From the IMG/VR virus record IMGVR_UViG_3300009285_000021, positions 1 to 44,050 of that record: DNA of 44,050 nucleotides. One strand, given 5' to 3'. Shown here in pieces: positions 31,063 to 40,090 of this stretch (position 1 is the first letter of the stretch; each line of letters starts with the position of its first letter). Origin of the DNA: a virus. The notes beneath the pieces are model-generated. The model did not search any database and was not told where the DNA came from. It saw only the letters and a program-made list of their open reading frames with translations. The translations under genes were made by a program, and so were the position numbers.

Positions 31063-31498
31063 ACCATTACATAAGCAGTTAAAGGTAGTTAAAATACCTG
31101 AATTAAAACAGACGATAGCCGAGGCAACAAGTGGGGCGTTGTCAGAATTAAAGGATATGCAGAAAGAGGATATTATAAACAAACAGGAAGCCATTCGGGA
31201 TGTGTGTTTAAAGGTGGTTGATAGATTACAGGTGCTGTGGGATAAGATAGCGTTAAAGGAAACTGATGAAGCAACGTTAAGGAAGTATTCCGGGTGGTTT
31301 GTAGCACCGTTGGCAGAGATAATGGATTTGGCTCGTAAGGCAAATGTGGATGTTTACGAAATGAGGTATGGCAAGAAGTTACAGATAAACAAAATGGATA
31401 TGAAGTTTGAGGACTTTGTGAAGATGAAGAGAGCGGAGATTGAGAAGCGTCCTGAAAATCAAGTGATAGATGTGACCGAGGTTAAAGATGGCAAATGA
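31049..31498 (+). CDS. Small terminase subunit candidate
   Basis: 149-aa ORF overlapping the TerL start. The call is by position only. Confidence 0.4.
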   Translation: METNEPLHKQLKVVKIPELKQTIAEATSGALSELKDMQKEDIINKQEAIRDVCLKVVDRLQVLWDKIALKETDEATLRKYSGWFVAPLAEIMDLARKANVDVYEMRYGKKLQINKMDMKFEDFVKMKRAEIEKRPENQVIDVTEVKDGK

Positions 31499-32909
31499 AA
31501 TAAGCATAGCCGATAAAGATATACGTGCAAGGATAATTGATATGGCTATTGCCTGTGGAATTACAGACGATTATCAGCATGAAATGATATTTGATGAAAG
31601 TCGGGATATTGTTATAGACAAGGCAAGGGGTATAGGTATAACAACGGCGGTATCATTTCAGAAAATGATTAAGATTTTAATGCCTGAATTGTGGTCGTCC
31701 GCTCAAAGAGAAAATGTTATAGTTTCAGCCGGTGCAGAACAAGCTAGACACTTGATTGATTACGTTAAACACTTCTGGTCGGTGTTAGAAAGTCAGTTTT
31801 CGCAGAAGTTAAAGATAACGAAGGACAAGGCGGAAACTTCGGACGGTCGATGGATTATGTCTTTAGCTTGTGAGCCAGATAGTATTCGTACTTATCACGG
31901 GGACGTAGTGTTTGATGAGTTTGCATATTTTGAGAATGGGTTAGATCGTAAATTCTTTAAGGCGGTATCTGGTGTACAGACTTCCGGCGGTCAGACACAT
32001 TATATCTCTAATCCGAATGGTGAAGCAGGTACGTTCTTTGATATATGGCGTGACAAACAGGGAATTTACAAAAAGTATAGTTTACCTTATACGGTTTGTA
32101 AAAGGAAAATGTACCGTGATACTGTTCTTCGTGCAAAGAAGAAATTATTTGATTACGAGTTTGACGAAGAGTATTGTTGTCTGTTTAATCCCGCTTCACG
32201 TGGGGCTATACCTTATAAGTATATTGATAATGCGGTGAAACAATGGGCGGAGTTGGGGTTAAAGATTAACGAGTACCGTAAAACCGATTGTATGTTAGGA
32301 ACAGGAATTGACTTTGCTAAAATGGTTGACCAAACAATATTGGTAACGCTGGAAAAAAGGAATATGCTTAAAATACCGTATTGGTTGGAAGTTGTTCTCG
32401 GTGATTATGACGAACAATTAAATTACATAGACCGCTTGGACGGAGAGATTAACTCACAGCAAGTATTCTTTGACAAGACTGGTAATGTTAAGTTAGCAGA
32501 GGAAATTGAAAAGCGTTTTTCGCTAAAGTATGTCGGTAAACAATTTACTAATCCGTATAAAGAGAAGTTATTCCAGAAAATCAAGTATGCTTTAATGGAT
32601 CGTAAGTTGCCTTTACCAAATGACGAAGCTTTAATCCGACAACTGAAAGGGCTTAAACGCAAGGTATCCGCTTCGGGCAATGTTCAGTACGCAGGTAAGG
32701 AAGATGACTATGTTTGGGCTTTAGGATTGGCGTTGGACTGTATCGAAGAGGAGGGCGGGGATATTTCAATTGAGGAACGTACTACCGTTGAGAACACAAA
32801 ACACAAAGAAGCTAATCAAGTTATACGCCCGTCTGTATTAACGCAGACAGGTGACTTTGGACGTGGTGAAGTCCGTACAGGTGCAAACTGGGGAGGGATG
32901 TTTAAATGA
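31488..32909 (+). CDS. terL: Terminase large subunit
   Basis: The Walker A-like motif is DKARGIGITT and the Walker B motif is VVFDEFAYF. The C-terminal nuclease region contains GIDFA...D. Length 473 aa. Confidence 0.85.
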   Translation: MANEISIADKDIRARIIDMAIACGITDDYQHEMIFDESRDIVIDKARGIGITTAVSFQKMIKILMPELWSSAQRENVIVSAGAEQARHLIDYVKHFWSVLESQFSQKLKITKDKAETSDGRWIMSLACEPDSIRTYHGDVVFDEFAYFENGLDRKFFKAVSGVQTSGGQTHYISNPNGEAGTFFDIWRDKQGIYKKYSLPYTVCKRKMYRDTVLRAKKKLFDYEFDEEYCCLFNPASRGAIPYKYIDNAVKQWAELGLKINEYRKTDCMLGTGIDFAKMVDQTILVTLEKRNMLKIPYWLEVVLGDYDEQLNYIDRLDGEINSQQVFFDKTGNVKLAEEIEKRFSLKYVGKQFTNPYKEKLFQKIKYALMDRKLPLPNDEALIRQLKGLKRKVSASGNVQYAGKEDDYVWALGLALDCIEEEGGDISIEERTTVENTKHKEANQVIRPSVLTQTGDFGRGEVRTGANWGGMFK

Positions 32910-33400
32910 ATTATTACCCGTCAACAACAGATAAGATGTGGAATGAAGAAAACAAATACACAATCGGCTATTGTTATGGCTTAGGCTTAGATGTAGGTTG
33001 TGGCAATAGGACTTTGCAACCTAATATGATTACGGTAGACAACTGGGCGGACGGTGCTGATTACAAAATGGAAGCGGATAACTTACACGAGTTTAAAGAC
33101 AAGATGTTTGACTTTGTTTATGCTTCTCACGTCTTAGAACATTTGAAAAGTCCGTTAGAAGCAATTGAAGAGTGGTTGCGGGTAGTTAAGGTCGGCGGGT
33201 ATGTAATTATAATAACACCTGATATGCGGTTTGTGCCGACAAAGGGAATGGCAAACGGTGACCCTCAACACAAGTACGACTGGAAGCGTGAAGAGGTTAG
33301 AGAAATGGTCGAGATGTTATCGGGTTGCGAAATGGTTAATAAGAACGTATGGGCGTTGCCTAATTACTCAATGTTGTTTGTTTTGCGGAGGATTAAGTGA
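32906..33400 (+). CDS. Class I SAM-dependent methyltransferase (small, Methyltransf_11-like)
   Basis: Motif I is GLDVGCGN, followed by FDFVYASHVLEHL and VKVGGYVIIITP. Confidence 0.75.
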   Translation: MNYYPSTTDKMWNEENKYTIGYCYGLGLDVGCGNRTLQPNMITVDNWADGADYKMEADNLHEFKDKMFDFVYASHVLEHLKSPLEAIEEWLRVVKVGGYVIIITPDMRFVPTKGMANGDPQHKYDWKREEVREMVEMLSGCEMVNKNVWALPNYSMLFVLRRIK

Positions 33401-33579
33401 TAGAAAAACAAGAACGGTGGAAAGCAGGTTGTAATAAGTGCGGAAAGAAATTTGAAACAATGGGAAAGGAATACATAGCAAGTTATAAATGCTCATTGGA
33501 ATCGGATTTGAAAACAAACGGGTGGAAAATCAAGAATAATAATTGTTGGTGTCCTGAATGTAAAAAGGAGGTAAGATAA
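33397..33579 (+). CDS. 60-aa Zn-ribbon protein
   Basis: Motifs CNKCGKKF...CWCPECKK. GTGA-coupled start. Confidence 0.45.
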   Translation: MIEKQERWKAGCNKCGKKFETMGKEYIASYKCSLESDLKTNGWKIKNNNCWCPECKKEVR

Positions 33580-34497
33580 ATGGCTCGAATACTTATGTGC
33601 TACGCACGAGATGAATACACTACAGCAAGGCATTTTGAAAACGTAATACGGAAATCTAAAGACCATCAGTTTTTAGGTGTTGGATTCACAAAGCCGAATC
33701 TGGCTTCCGTTATGGGCGATCAAGCATGGATTCCAACAGCACAAGAAGTGGTGCTCCCTGATTTACTTTCTAAACTACCCGCTAAACCTGATATTGTTAT
33801 AGTCATGCAGGGATTTGCACCAATGAAGATATATGGAATTGAATCCATAGATATACCCTCGGTGTATTATGGGATAGATACTCATATGGTTCGGGACGTG
33901 ATATTTGAGGAAGCAAAGAATTATAAACATGTATTCTTTGCACAAAAAAAAGCAATTCCAGAGTTTAAAGAGTTTTGCGGTAAGGATAGTCATTGGTTGC
34001 CTTGTTGTGCCGAACCTTTAATCCATAAATCTATGAACTTCGAGCCGGAATATGATTTTGCCTTTGTTGGCGGTATAGATTTAAGCGAAGCCCACAAGCC
34101 CCGCCGGGACGCTATTAAAAAGCTAAAGGAAAAGTATAAGGTGTTTGTAGGAAATGCTTACGGGTACTTTATGACAATGCAATATAACAAAGCAAAGGTG
34201 GTATTTAATTACGCCGTTAATGATGACTTGAATATGAGGGTATTTGAAGCAATGGCTTGTAAAAGACCTCTTTTAACAAATAAATTAAGCGTTGAGAGCG
34301 GTTTAAACGAGTTATTTCAGGACGGGGTAAACCTTATGACCTTTGATGATAACAATTTAATGGAAAAGGCAGAATTGCTTATAAAGGATAAAGCATTACG
34401 AGATAAACTGGCTCAGTCGGGATATACCGAAGTAGTCAATAAACATACTTATCAGAAACGACTGGAGGCAATATGGCAGACAATAGCGAAGACTTAG
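33580..34497 (+). CDS. CgeB-like glycosyltransferase (Glyco_trans_1_2 / DUF3880-type)
   Basis: DFAFVGG...RRDAIKKL...YNKAKVVFNY...NMRVFEAMACKRPLLTN...GYTEVVNKHTYQKRL is typical of the CgeB spore-maturation glycosyltransferase family. Confidence 0.65.
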   Translation: MARILMCYARDEYTTARHFENVIRKSKDHQFLGVGFTKPNLASVMGDQAWIPTAQEVVLPDLLSKLPAKPDIVIVMQGFAPMKIYGIESIDIPSVYYGIDTHMVRDVIFEEAKNYKHVFFAQKKAIPEFKEFCGKDSHWLPCCAEPLIHKSMNFEPEYDFAFVGGIDLSEAHKPRRDAIKKLKEKYKVFVGNAYGYFMTMQYNKAKVVFNYAVNDDLNMRVFEAMACKRPLLTNKLSVESGLNELFQDGVNLMTFDDNNLMEKAELLIKDKALRDKLAQSGYTEVVNKHTYQKRLEAIWQTIAKT

Positions 34498-34658
34498 ATA
34501 CGGTAATAGTGGCTTTAAAATTGGCAAAGAAAGACCGATTATTCGGAGAGATAACTTTGAGTTTTCGGGACGGGCATATTCAATACGTGCGGAATAACAA
34601 AATCGAGAAAATCGAAGAGTTGCAATTAAGACATAAAGGGCTTGACAAAATAAAGTAA
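34473..34658 (+). CDS. 61-aa protein, possibly YezD/DUF2292-like
   Basis: FGEITLSFRDGHIQYVRNNKIEKI resembles the G.(V/I).(L/I)...DG.(I/V) pattern of small YezD-type proteins. The assignment is weak. Confidence 0.4.
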   Translation: MADNSEDLDTVIVALKLAKKDRLFGEITLSFRDGHIQYVRNNKIEKIEELQLRHKGLDKIK

Positions 34659-34676
34659 ATAGTATAAGATTACTAC

Positions 34677-34715
34677 AAATGAGGGACTACCTGTTTGTTG
34701 GGTCGTTCCTCATTT
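34677..34715 (+). terminator. Hairpin followed by a T-run upstream of the portal gene
   Basis: AAATGAGG (34677-84) pairs with CCTCATTT (34708-15) around a 23-nt loop, followed by ttgcgttt. A TTGACA at 34642 lies nearby, but its -10 element is poor. Confidence 0.4.
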
Positions 34716-34733
34716 TGCGTTTAAGGAGTTTTA

Positions 34734-36803
34734 ATGGCAAGACCAAAGGGAGTAAAGTTAGAAAAGAAAACAAAGGACGTACAACTCGGACAAAGTGTAA
34801 TTATTCCTATCCGTGAATATTCTCTTATGGCGGGAAATAAAATTGCCTACAATCCTGATACAATCTCACTTGAAACTTACAACGAGATGCGAAAGTTTCC
34901 TACCATTGCAGGTGCGTTAGATGTAATTAAACTTCCGATAATTTCTGTTGACTGGTATATTGAATCAAGCGACGAAAGAAAAAAGAAATTTGTAGACAAA
35001 GTGTTGCGTGATATATGGGCGGGGTTTATTCGGGATTTACTTACAGCTTATGATTTTGGATTTTCCGCATTTGAGAAAGTATTTGATATGAACGAAGACA
35101 CAAAAATAATAATTAAAAAACTATTCTCATTAAGTCCTTTTTATACAAAAATAAGACGGACTGATGATGTAAGTTTTGACGGTATATATTTTCAGCCTCA
35201 AGGTGCTTCGGGTGCAAGTGGAATAACTTTAAGTGCAGATAAGTCATTTATATTTACTTACAAAAAAGAGTTTGAGAATATGTACGGTGCTCCCAGAATC
35301 AGGGGTGCTTATACCGCTTGGTACATAGCCAGATATATTTTAGAGTTTACAAATATATTTTACGAAAGATATTCAAGCCCGCAATTAGTCGGGTACGCTC
35401 CGACTGCAAAGATAGATTATCAAGGAAAGAAAACGGAAGCGACAAAATACTTACTTGATGTAATGAAGTCAATGCAAAATGCGTCCTCGGTTGTTCTCCC
35501 GCATACGGGCGGAAAGAAAGATGAATTAAAATATCATATAGACATTTTAGAATCTGCTCGTACTGGTGGCGACTTCATTAACTATCTCAAGTACCTTGAC
35601 AATCAAATGTTTACGGGTTCAGGTATTCCGCCTTTAGCATATTCCGCAGGTGAGAAAGGGTCATATAGCTTATTTGAAACACAGCAGGCGTTATTCGCAC
35701 AAGGTGTTGACGGTGATTTGACTGTAATAAAACAACACATTGACACGTACATAATCAAGCCGTTAATAAAATATAACTTTCCTGATTCAGCGAATGACGA
35801 TACAAGATGGGTGTATCAATCACTTGCGAATAGAGATAAGGAGCTTACACGTCAGATTATGATTGCCTTAGTACAGCAAGGCAAGGTTGATGTGGCTGTA
35901 AAGTATTTAAGTGAAGCTTTAGGTATGCCTATGATTGAAACTGGAAAGATAATTGAGGAAGCAAAGCAGGTTGCTTCTCCGACAGAAGGCAAAGCAACAG
36001 GACAAGCGAATCAAGCGAAGTTGTCAAGGAATCCGAACGTAAAAAGATATGACGATAAAATAAATTACGAACGTATTGATAAACAATATGATGACAATGA
36101 GCAAATGATTATTGGGTCGTTAATGCCTGTACTTACGAAACAAAAAATTAAATTACTTGATAGCATACAGAAGTCAATAAAGAATCCTGCTCAAATATCG
36201 GGGATGGAATTATCATTTAAGTCAGAGTACGAAACAAAAGTTGTTGAAGCCGCAAAGAAAATATTTAATGACGGCGAAATGGATGTGAAGTCCGAAAACA
36301 AAGTCAGGGTTACCTTACCGAAAGAGGCAGGATCATGGGTGGTTGCTTCGTCAAAGAACATAGCAGACAAACACATGAACGATTTAAAATTCTCGGTTAT
36401 ATCCGCAACGCTGTTAGCAATATCAAAAGAGATGAGCGAAAAGGAAACGTTATTTAAAGCAAGTGAAGCATTTGATAAATACACGGATGTATCTTTGAGT
36501 GATAGTGCCGCTTTGATTTCGCAGAAGTATTACAGTGAGGGTCGGGAGTACGTGGCAGTTGAAGCGGGAATAAAGTACGCCCAGTGGTCGGCGGTTTTGG
36601 ACGGCAAGGAATGTGAGTTTTGTAACGGACGTGACGGCATGATTGTTGAGGTAGCTTCTCCTGACTTCTCGGAATACTCTCCAGGGAACGTTCACGAGAA
36701 TTGCCGTTGTATGTGGATTTATTTAGACACAGAAAATTTCCCAGAGGGAGCGACAGAGTGGCGTTCCCCTTCGAAACGTGACGTTAAGCAGTATTATCAA
36801 TAG
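34734..36803 (+). CDS. Portal protein fused to a MuF / SPP1-gp7-like head-morphogenesis domain
   Basis: 689 aa, in the position after TerL. The C-terminal 110 aa read AVLDGKECEFCNGRDGMIV...PGNVHENCRCMW, which is the Phage_Mu_F signature. Confidence 0.8.
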   Translation: MARPKGVKLEKKTKDVQLGQSVIIPIREYSLMAGNKIAYNPDTISLETYNEMRKFPTIAGALDVIKLPIISVDWYIESSDERKKKFVDKVLRDIWAGFIRDLLTAYDFGFSAFEKVFDMNEDTKIIIKKLFSLSPFYTKIRRTDDVSFDGIYFQPQGASGASGITLSADKSFIFTYKKEFENMYGAPRIRGAYTAWYIARYILEFTNIFYERYSSPQLVGYAPTAKIDYQGKKTEATKYLLDVMKSMQNASSVVLPHTGGKKDELKYHIDILESARTGGDFINYLKYLDNQMFTGSGIPPLAYSAGEKGSYSLFETQQALFAQGVDGDLTVIKQHIDTYIIKPLIKYNFPDSANDDTRWVYQSLANRDKELTRQIMIALVQQGKVDVAVKYLSEALGMPMIETGKIIEEAKQVASPTEGKATGQANQAKLSRNPNVKRYDDKINYERIDKQYDDNEQMIIGSLMPVLTKQKIKLLDSIQKSIKNPAQISGMELSFKSEYETKVVEAAKKIFNDGEMDVKSENKVRVTLPKEAGSWVVASSKNIADKHMNDLKFSVISATLLAISKEMSEKETLFKASEAFDKYTDVSLSDSAALISQKYYSEGREYVAVEAGIKYAQWSAVLDGKECEFCNGRDGMIVEVASPDFSEYSPGNVHENCRCMWIYLDTENFPEGATEWRSPSKRDVKQYYQ

Positions 36804-36812
36804 GAGGTTATT

Positions 36813-37916
36813 ATGGCGGATAAAAAAGCAAGAGAGATTAGTATAATACAATCACCAATATTATTCTCAATACCTGAGGGAAAAAAGTTTGTTAAGGAAG
36901 TTATAACCGAGGGTGAGTATTGTCATCCTCAAAACAAAAGTAAGCAGATGAATATGACGGTTGAGAGATTTCAGGAATGGGTAAACAACTTCAAAAAGAA
37001 ATTGGTTGATATTGTTTACGTACCGTTTAATCATTCGGATCATCCGTTAGACAATACAGGATTCATTGATGATTTGTATATCGGAGATTCCGAAACAAAG
37101 CCAGGAAAGAAAGCGTTATTTGCAAAGTTTAATATTGTACTTGATGAGGTTGCGTCAAAAATTGGAAAGACGATACTTGGTAATTCTATCGGGGTGGAGA
37201 GATTCTTTAGTCCCGAAACTGGGGAGGATATGGGCGAGGTTATGGGTCATATAGCTTTGACCAATGAGCCGTATATACCTCACTTGGGTGAATTCCGAGC
37301 GGTTGCATTTTCTAAAGACGCTAACGTCAATATTACTAACTACGTTATGGAGCGACAAGCTGATAACAATCATGCGGAGGATTCAAATATGACAAACGAA
37401 GAGATTTTAAAAATGCAGGAGAAGATGTTGGAACTGGAAAGGAAAGCGAAAGATGCGGAAGCAAGTGCAGAAATGTCCCGCAAAGAAAAAGAATTTGAAG
37501 CCGAAAAAGTGAAGAAAATGGAAGTAGTAGCTTTTGAGCGAGATGTGGATTCCGAGATGACTAAGCTAGTACTTTCAAAGAAATTGCTTCCGGCTGAAAA
37601 AGATTCAGAGGTAAAGTTTGCAATATCTCTTGGCAGGGAGAAAGCGTCCGAGTACATCAATAAACTTGCTAAGAAAGCGGATGTGGTAGAGTTTGGTAAC
37701 AAAGCTTCTGGGAGTGTAGACAATCAGGCCGGAAGTACGGAGAAGCCGAAAATGTCAGAACTGACATCAATATTCACGGGGTTCATTCTCAAGAAACATT
37801 CCAAAGAGCAGGCGTTTGAAATGTGCAAGGACTGGGAGAAAAGATATACCCTTGCGAAATCCCACGTTGATGACAGGGATGTATCGGTTAAATTTACTCG
37901 TAACAAAACTTGGTAG
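36813..37916 (+). CDS. Prohead protease / scaffold protein (Mu gpI/gpZ-like arrangement)
   Basis: It lies between the portal and capsid genes. The N-terminal globular half carries PFNHSDHP...HIALTNEPYIP. The C-terminal half is a Glu/Lys coiled coil. Confidence 0.6.
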   Translation: MADKKAREISIIQSPILFSIPEGKKFVKEVITEGEYCHPQNKSKQMNMTVERFQEWVNNFKKKLVDIVYVPFNHSDHPLDNTGFIDDLYIGDSETKPGKKALFAKFNIVLDEVASKIGKTILGNSIGVERFFSPETGEDMGEVMGHIALTNEPYIPHLGEFRAVAFSKDANVNITNYVMERQADNNHAEDSNMTNEEILKMQEKMLELERKAKDAEASAEMSRKEKEFEAEKVKKMEVVAFERDVDSEMTKLVLSKKLLPAEKDSEVKFAISLGREKASEYINKLAKKADVVEFGNKASGSVDNQAGSTEKPKMSELTSIFTGFILKKHSKEQAFEMCKDWEKRYTLAKSHVDDRDVSVKFTRNKTW

Positions 37917-37944
37917 TTAAAATTCAAAACAAAGGAGAACGACT

Positions 37945-38946
37945 ATGAGTACATGGGGAGAATTACCGTTAATAAGTATAGCAGAAAAGACCACGTTTAA
38001 TCCGCAGTTTTACATTGCGGAAGTAATACAGCAAGTGCAGGAAAGAGCAAAGATTTACCCTGTTGCGGGTATGCTTGAAAAGTTTGGAATGAAAGACCAT
38101 GTTGGACAGACCTTTCAGGGCAACATCACCGTCAATCTGGGTTCTACCGGTGGAACGTACTGGGATTTAAAAGCTGGTACGAAAGTCGCTCTTTCTGGTG
38201 TTGTTACAAAGTCCTATGTCGGGACTGTAAGCGAAATGGGCAACGGCGTTAAGATGGAGAAATTCCTTCTTAATGTTTCGCCTTCCGATATTGAAGGTCG
38301 TTCGGTTCGTTATGCTCTCTCACAGGACATAGCGGATATGCTTGACACCAAAATTCGTAATGCTATCTACACCGCAACTACGAACAAGATGAACGCAGGT
38401 ACTTACGCAACTGTTGGAGCGTTCATAACGATTGGTACTTATGCCAACATGAAAATGAGTTGGAATACAATCGTCAGGATGAACACACAGAAACAAATTC
38501 AGAACATTGATACGGATATGCCTTTCTATATAAATCCGTACCAGAACGAGGATTTGTTCCTTGATACGACTGCTTCCGCTTCTTTCACGGATATTTCCAA
38601 ATATACGGATAAAGGCGTGCAGAAAATCTACGATCTTGAAATAGGTAAAATCGGACAGTTCCGGTTAATACCTACCAACAGGGTTGTAGGAACAAAAGAA
38701 ATAAACGGAACTACGGGTACAGTACAGACCGCAGTTGCGTTCGCAGTTGTCCCTGAGCTTGCAGTTGCTATGGCTTGGGCGTTACCGACTGAATTCAGGT
38801 ATGAAGAGGACTATGATACTGACTTCGGTAGAACTTCTGCACTGGCTCACTATGGTCAGGGTGGAGCTTGCAAACTGGTTGATGAATACTCAATACTGGT
38901 TAAGTCAACAGTAAGAGCGGACATAACCGGCTACGCAATCGGCTGA
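37945..38946 (+). CDS. Major capsid protein
   Basis: 333 aa with an AAGGAG RBS. A strong terminator follows the gene. The position in the head module fits. Confidence 0.75.
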   Translation: MSTWGELPLISIAEKTTFNPQFYIAEVIQQVQERAKIYPVAGMLEKFGMKDHVGQTFQGNITVNLGSTGGTYWDLKAGTKVALSGVVTKSYVGTVSEMGNGVKMEKFLLNVSPSDIEGRSVRYALSQDIADMLDTKIRNAIYTATTNKMNAGTYATVGAFITIGTYANMKMSWNTIVRMNTQKQIQNIDTDMPFYINPYQNEDLFLDTTASASFTDISKYTDKGVQKIYDLEIGKIGQFRLIPTNRVVGTKEINGTTGTVQTAVAFAVVPELAVAMAWALPTEFRYEEDYDTDFGRTSALAHYGQGGACKLVDEYSILVKSTVRADITGYAIG

Positions 38947-38957
38947 TGTAAAAATTT

Positions 38958-38990
38958 ACGGGGCGGGTTTAACCGCCTGCCCCGTTTATT
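38958..38990 (+). terminator. Rho-independent terminator after the capsid gene
   Basis: The stem acggggcggg / ccgcctgccccgt has 10 bp including one G-U pair, with an 8-nt loop. It is followed by tttatt. Confidence 0.7.
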
Positions 38991-39001
38991 AAAGGAGGAT
39001 T

Positions 39002-40090
39002 ATGTTTCTAACTTCTGTAATCAGATTACCTGGCTTCGAAGTAGGTGGAGAGTTCCTTAACTTATACGGACTTGAGCCGTGTAAGACATCTTTGAATACA
39101 ATAAACTTTTTGGCAAAATCACCAATGGCAGAATATATTGCGATTGAGGAAGAGCCGGAAGCTTACAAGAAAAGATATTTTAAAGGTTGTCTTGCATTGA
39201 ATCCGAAATCAAATATCTTAGTAAGTAGATACGGTGGTCTGGGGGATATTCAATTTATACTTCCTGCAATTAAGGAAATCAAGAAACGTTATCCCGAAGT
39301 AAAAATAAGAATGGCAGTCATGGAAAAAGACCGTGAGATGATTCATAATTGTGATTTTATAGACAGTTTTTGTCAGACACATTTTCCGACAGTGAAGGAT
39401 TTAGAATGGTCGGATTATGTACTGGACTTTTTTGATACGGTTGAGGGAATCGGCGAGGACGAAGCGAAGTTAAGAAATCCGATAGATATATCGGCTGAAA
39501 TAGTTGGGTTGAAGTTATCGGACTATAAAGGATTTTGGAAAACAACGGTTGAGGAAAAGAAGTGGGCGGAGTCTATTTTTGCAGGTCGTAAGGGGTTAAA
39601 AATAGCTATGCCGTTATCTGCTTCGTCACCTCATAGGTCGTGGACGTTACAAGATGAACTTATACAAAAGTTAGTAGAGTGGAATAAGGATATTACAGTT
39701 GTTATATTCGGTGAGGGTCAAGGTCATGCGGAAGCGGTTTACAATCGGATTAAACGGTTAAATATTCCGAACGTGATTGATATGGTCGGGAAAACTACTA
39801 CAAGGCAGTATGTGAACTTGGCTTTAGAAGCGGATTGCATTTTCACAAATGATTCGGGAATTGTTAATCTTGGAGCAATCTTTGACAAAAAGATTTTAGC
39901 GATTTACTCAACTGTACCCGCTGAAACAAGAATTAACCATTACGAAACGGTGCAGGGGTTACAAGTTAAGAGCAGTTGTTCCCCTTGCTACAAATTATCG
40001 GCAGAGTGTTTGCATAAAGACAAATGCTTAAATACGGTTACGGTCAATGAAGTGTTTACCAAAATCGTTAGTATGCTGGAGGTCAAATGA
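39002..40090 (+). CDS. Glycosyltransferase family 9 (heptosyltransferase-like)
   Basis: Motifs ILVSRYGGLGDIQFILPAIKEIKKRYPE and VGKTTTRQYVNLALEADCIFTNDSGIVNLGAIFDKKILAIYS are classic GT9 motifs. AGGAGG RBS. Confidence 0.7.
   Translation: MFLTSVIRLPGFEVGGEFLNLYGLEPCKTSLNTINFLAKSPMAEYIAIEEEPEAYKKRYFKGCLALNPKSNILVSRYGGLGDIQFILPAIKEIKKRYPEVKIRMAVMEKDREMIHNCDFIDSFCQTHFPTVKDLEWSDYVLDFFDTVEGIGEDEAKLRNPIDISAEIVGLKLSDYKGFWKTTVEEKKWAESIFAGRKGLKIAMPLSASSPHRSWTLQDELIQKLVEWNKDITVVIFGEGQGHAEAVYNRIKRLNIPNVIDMVGKTTTRQYVNLALEADCIFTNDSGIVNLGAIFDKKILAIYSTVPAETRINHYETVQGLQVKSSCSPCYKLSAECLHKDKCLNTVTVNEVFTKIVSMLEVK

Noticed and set aside
34642-34670. TTGACA upstream of the portal gene as a promoter
   Set aside because: The best -10 candidates (TATAAG at 15-nt spacing, TAAGAT at 17-nt spacing) are weak. 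The motif lies inside the 3' end of ORF 34473-34658. The adjacent hairpin with its T-run looks more like a terminator.
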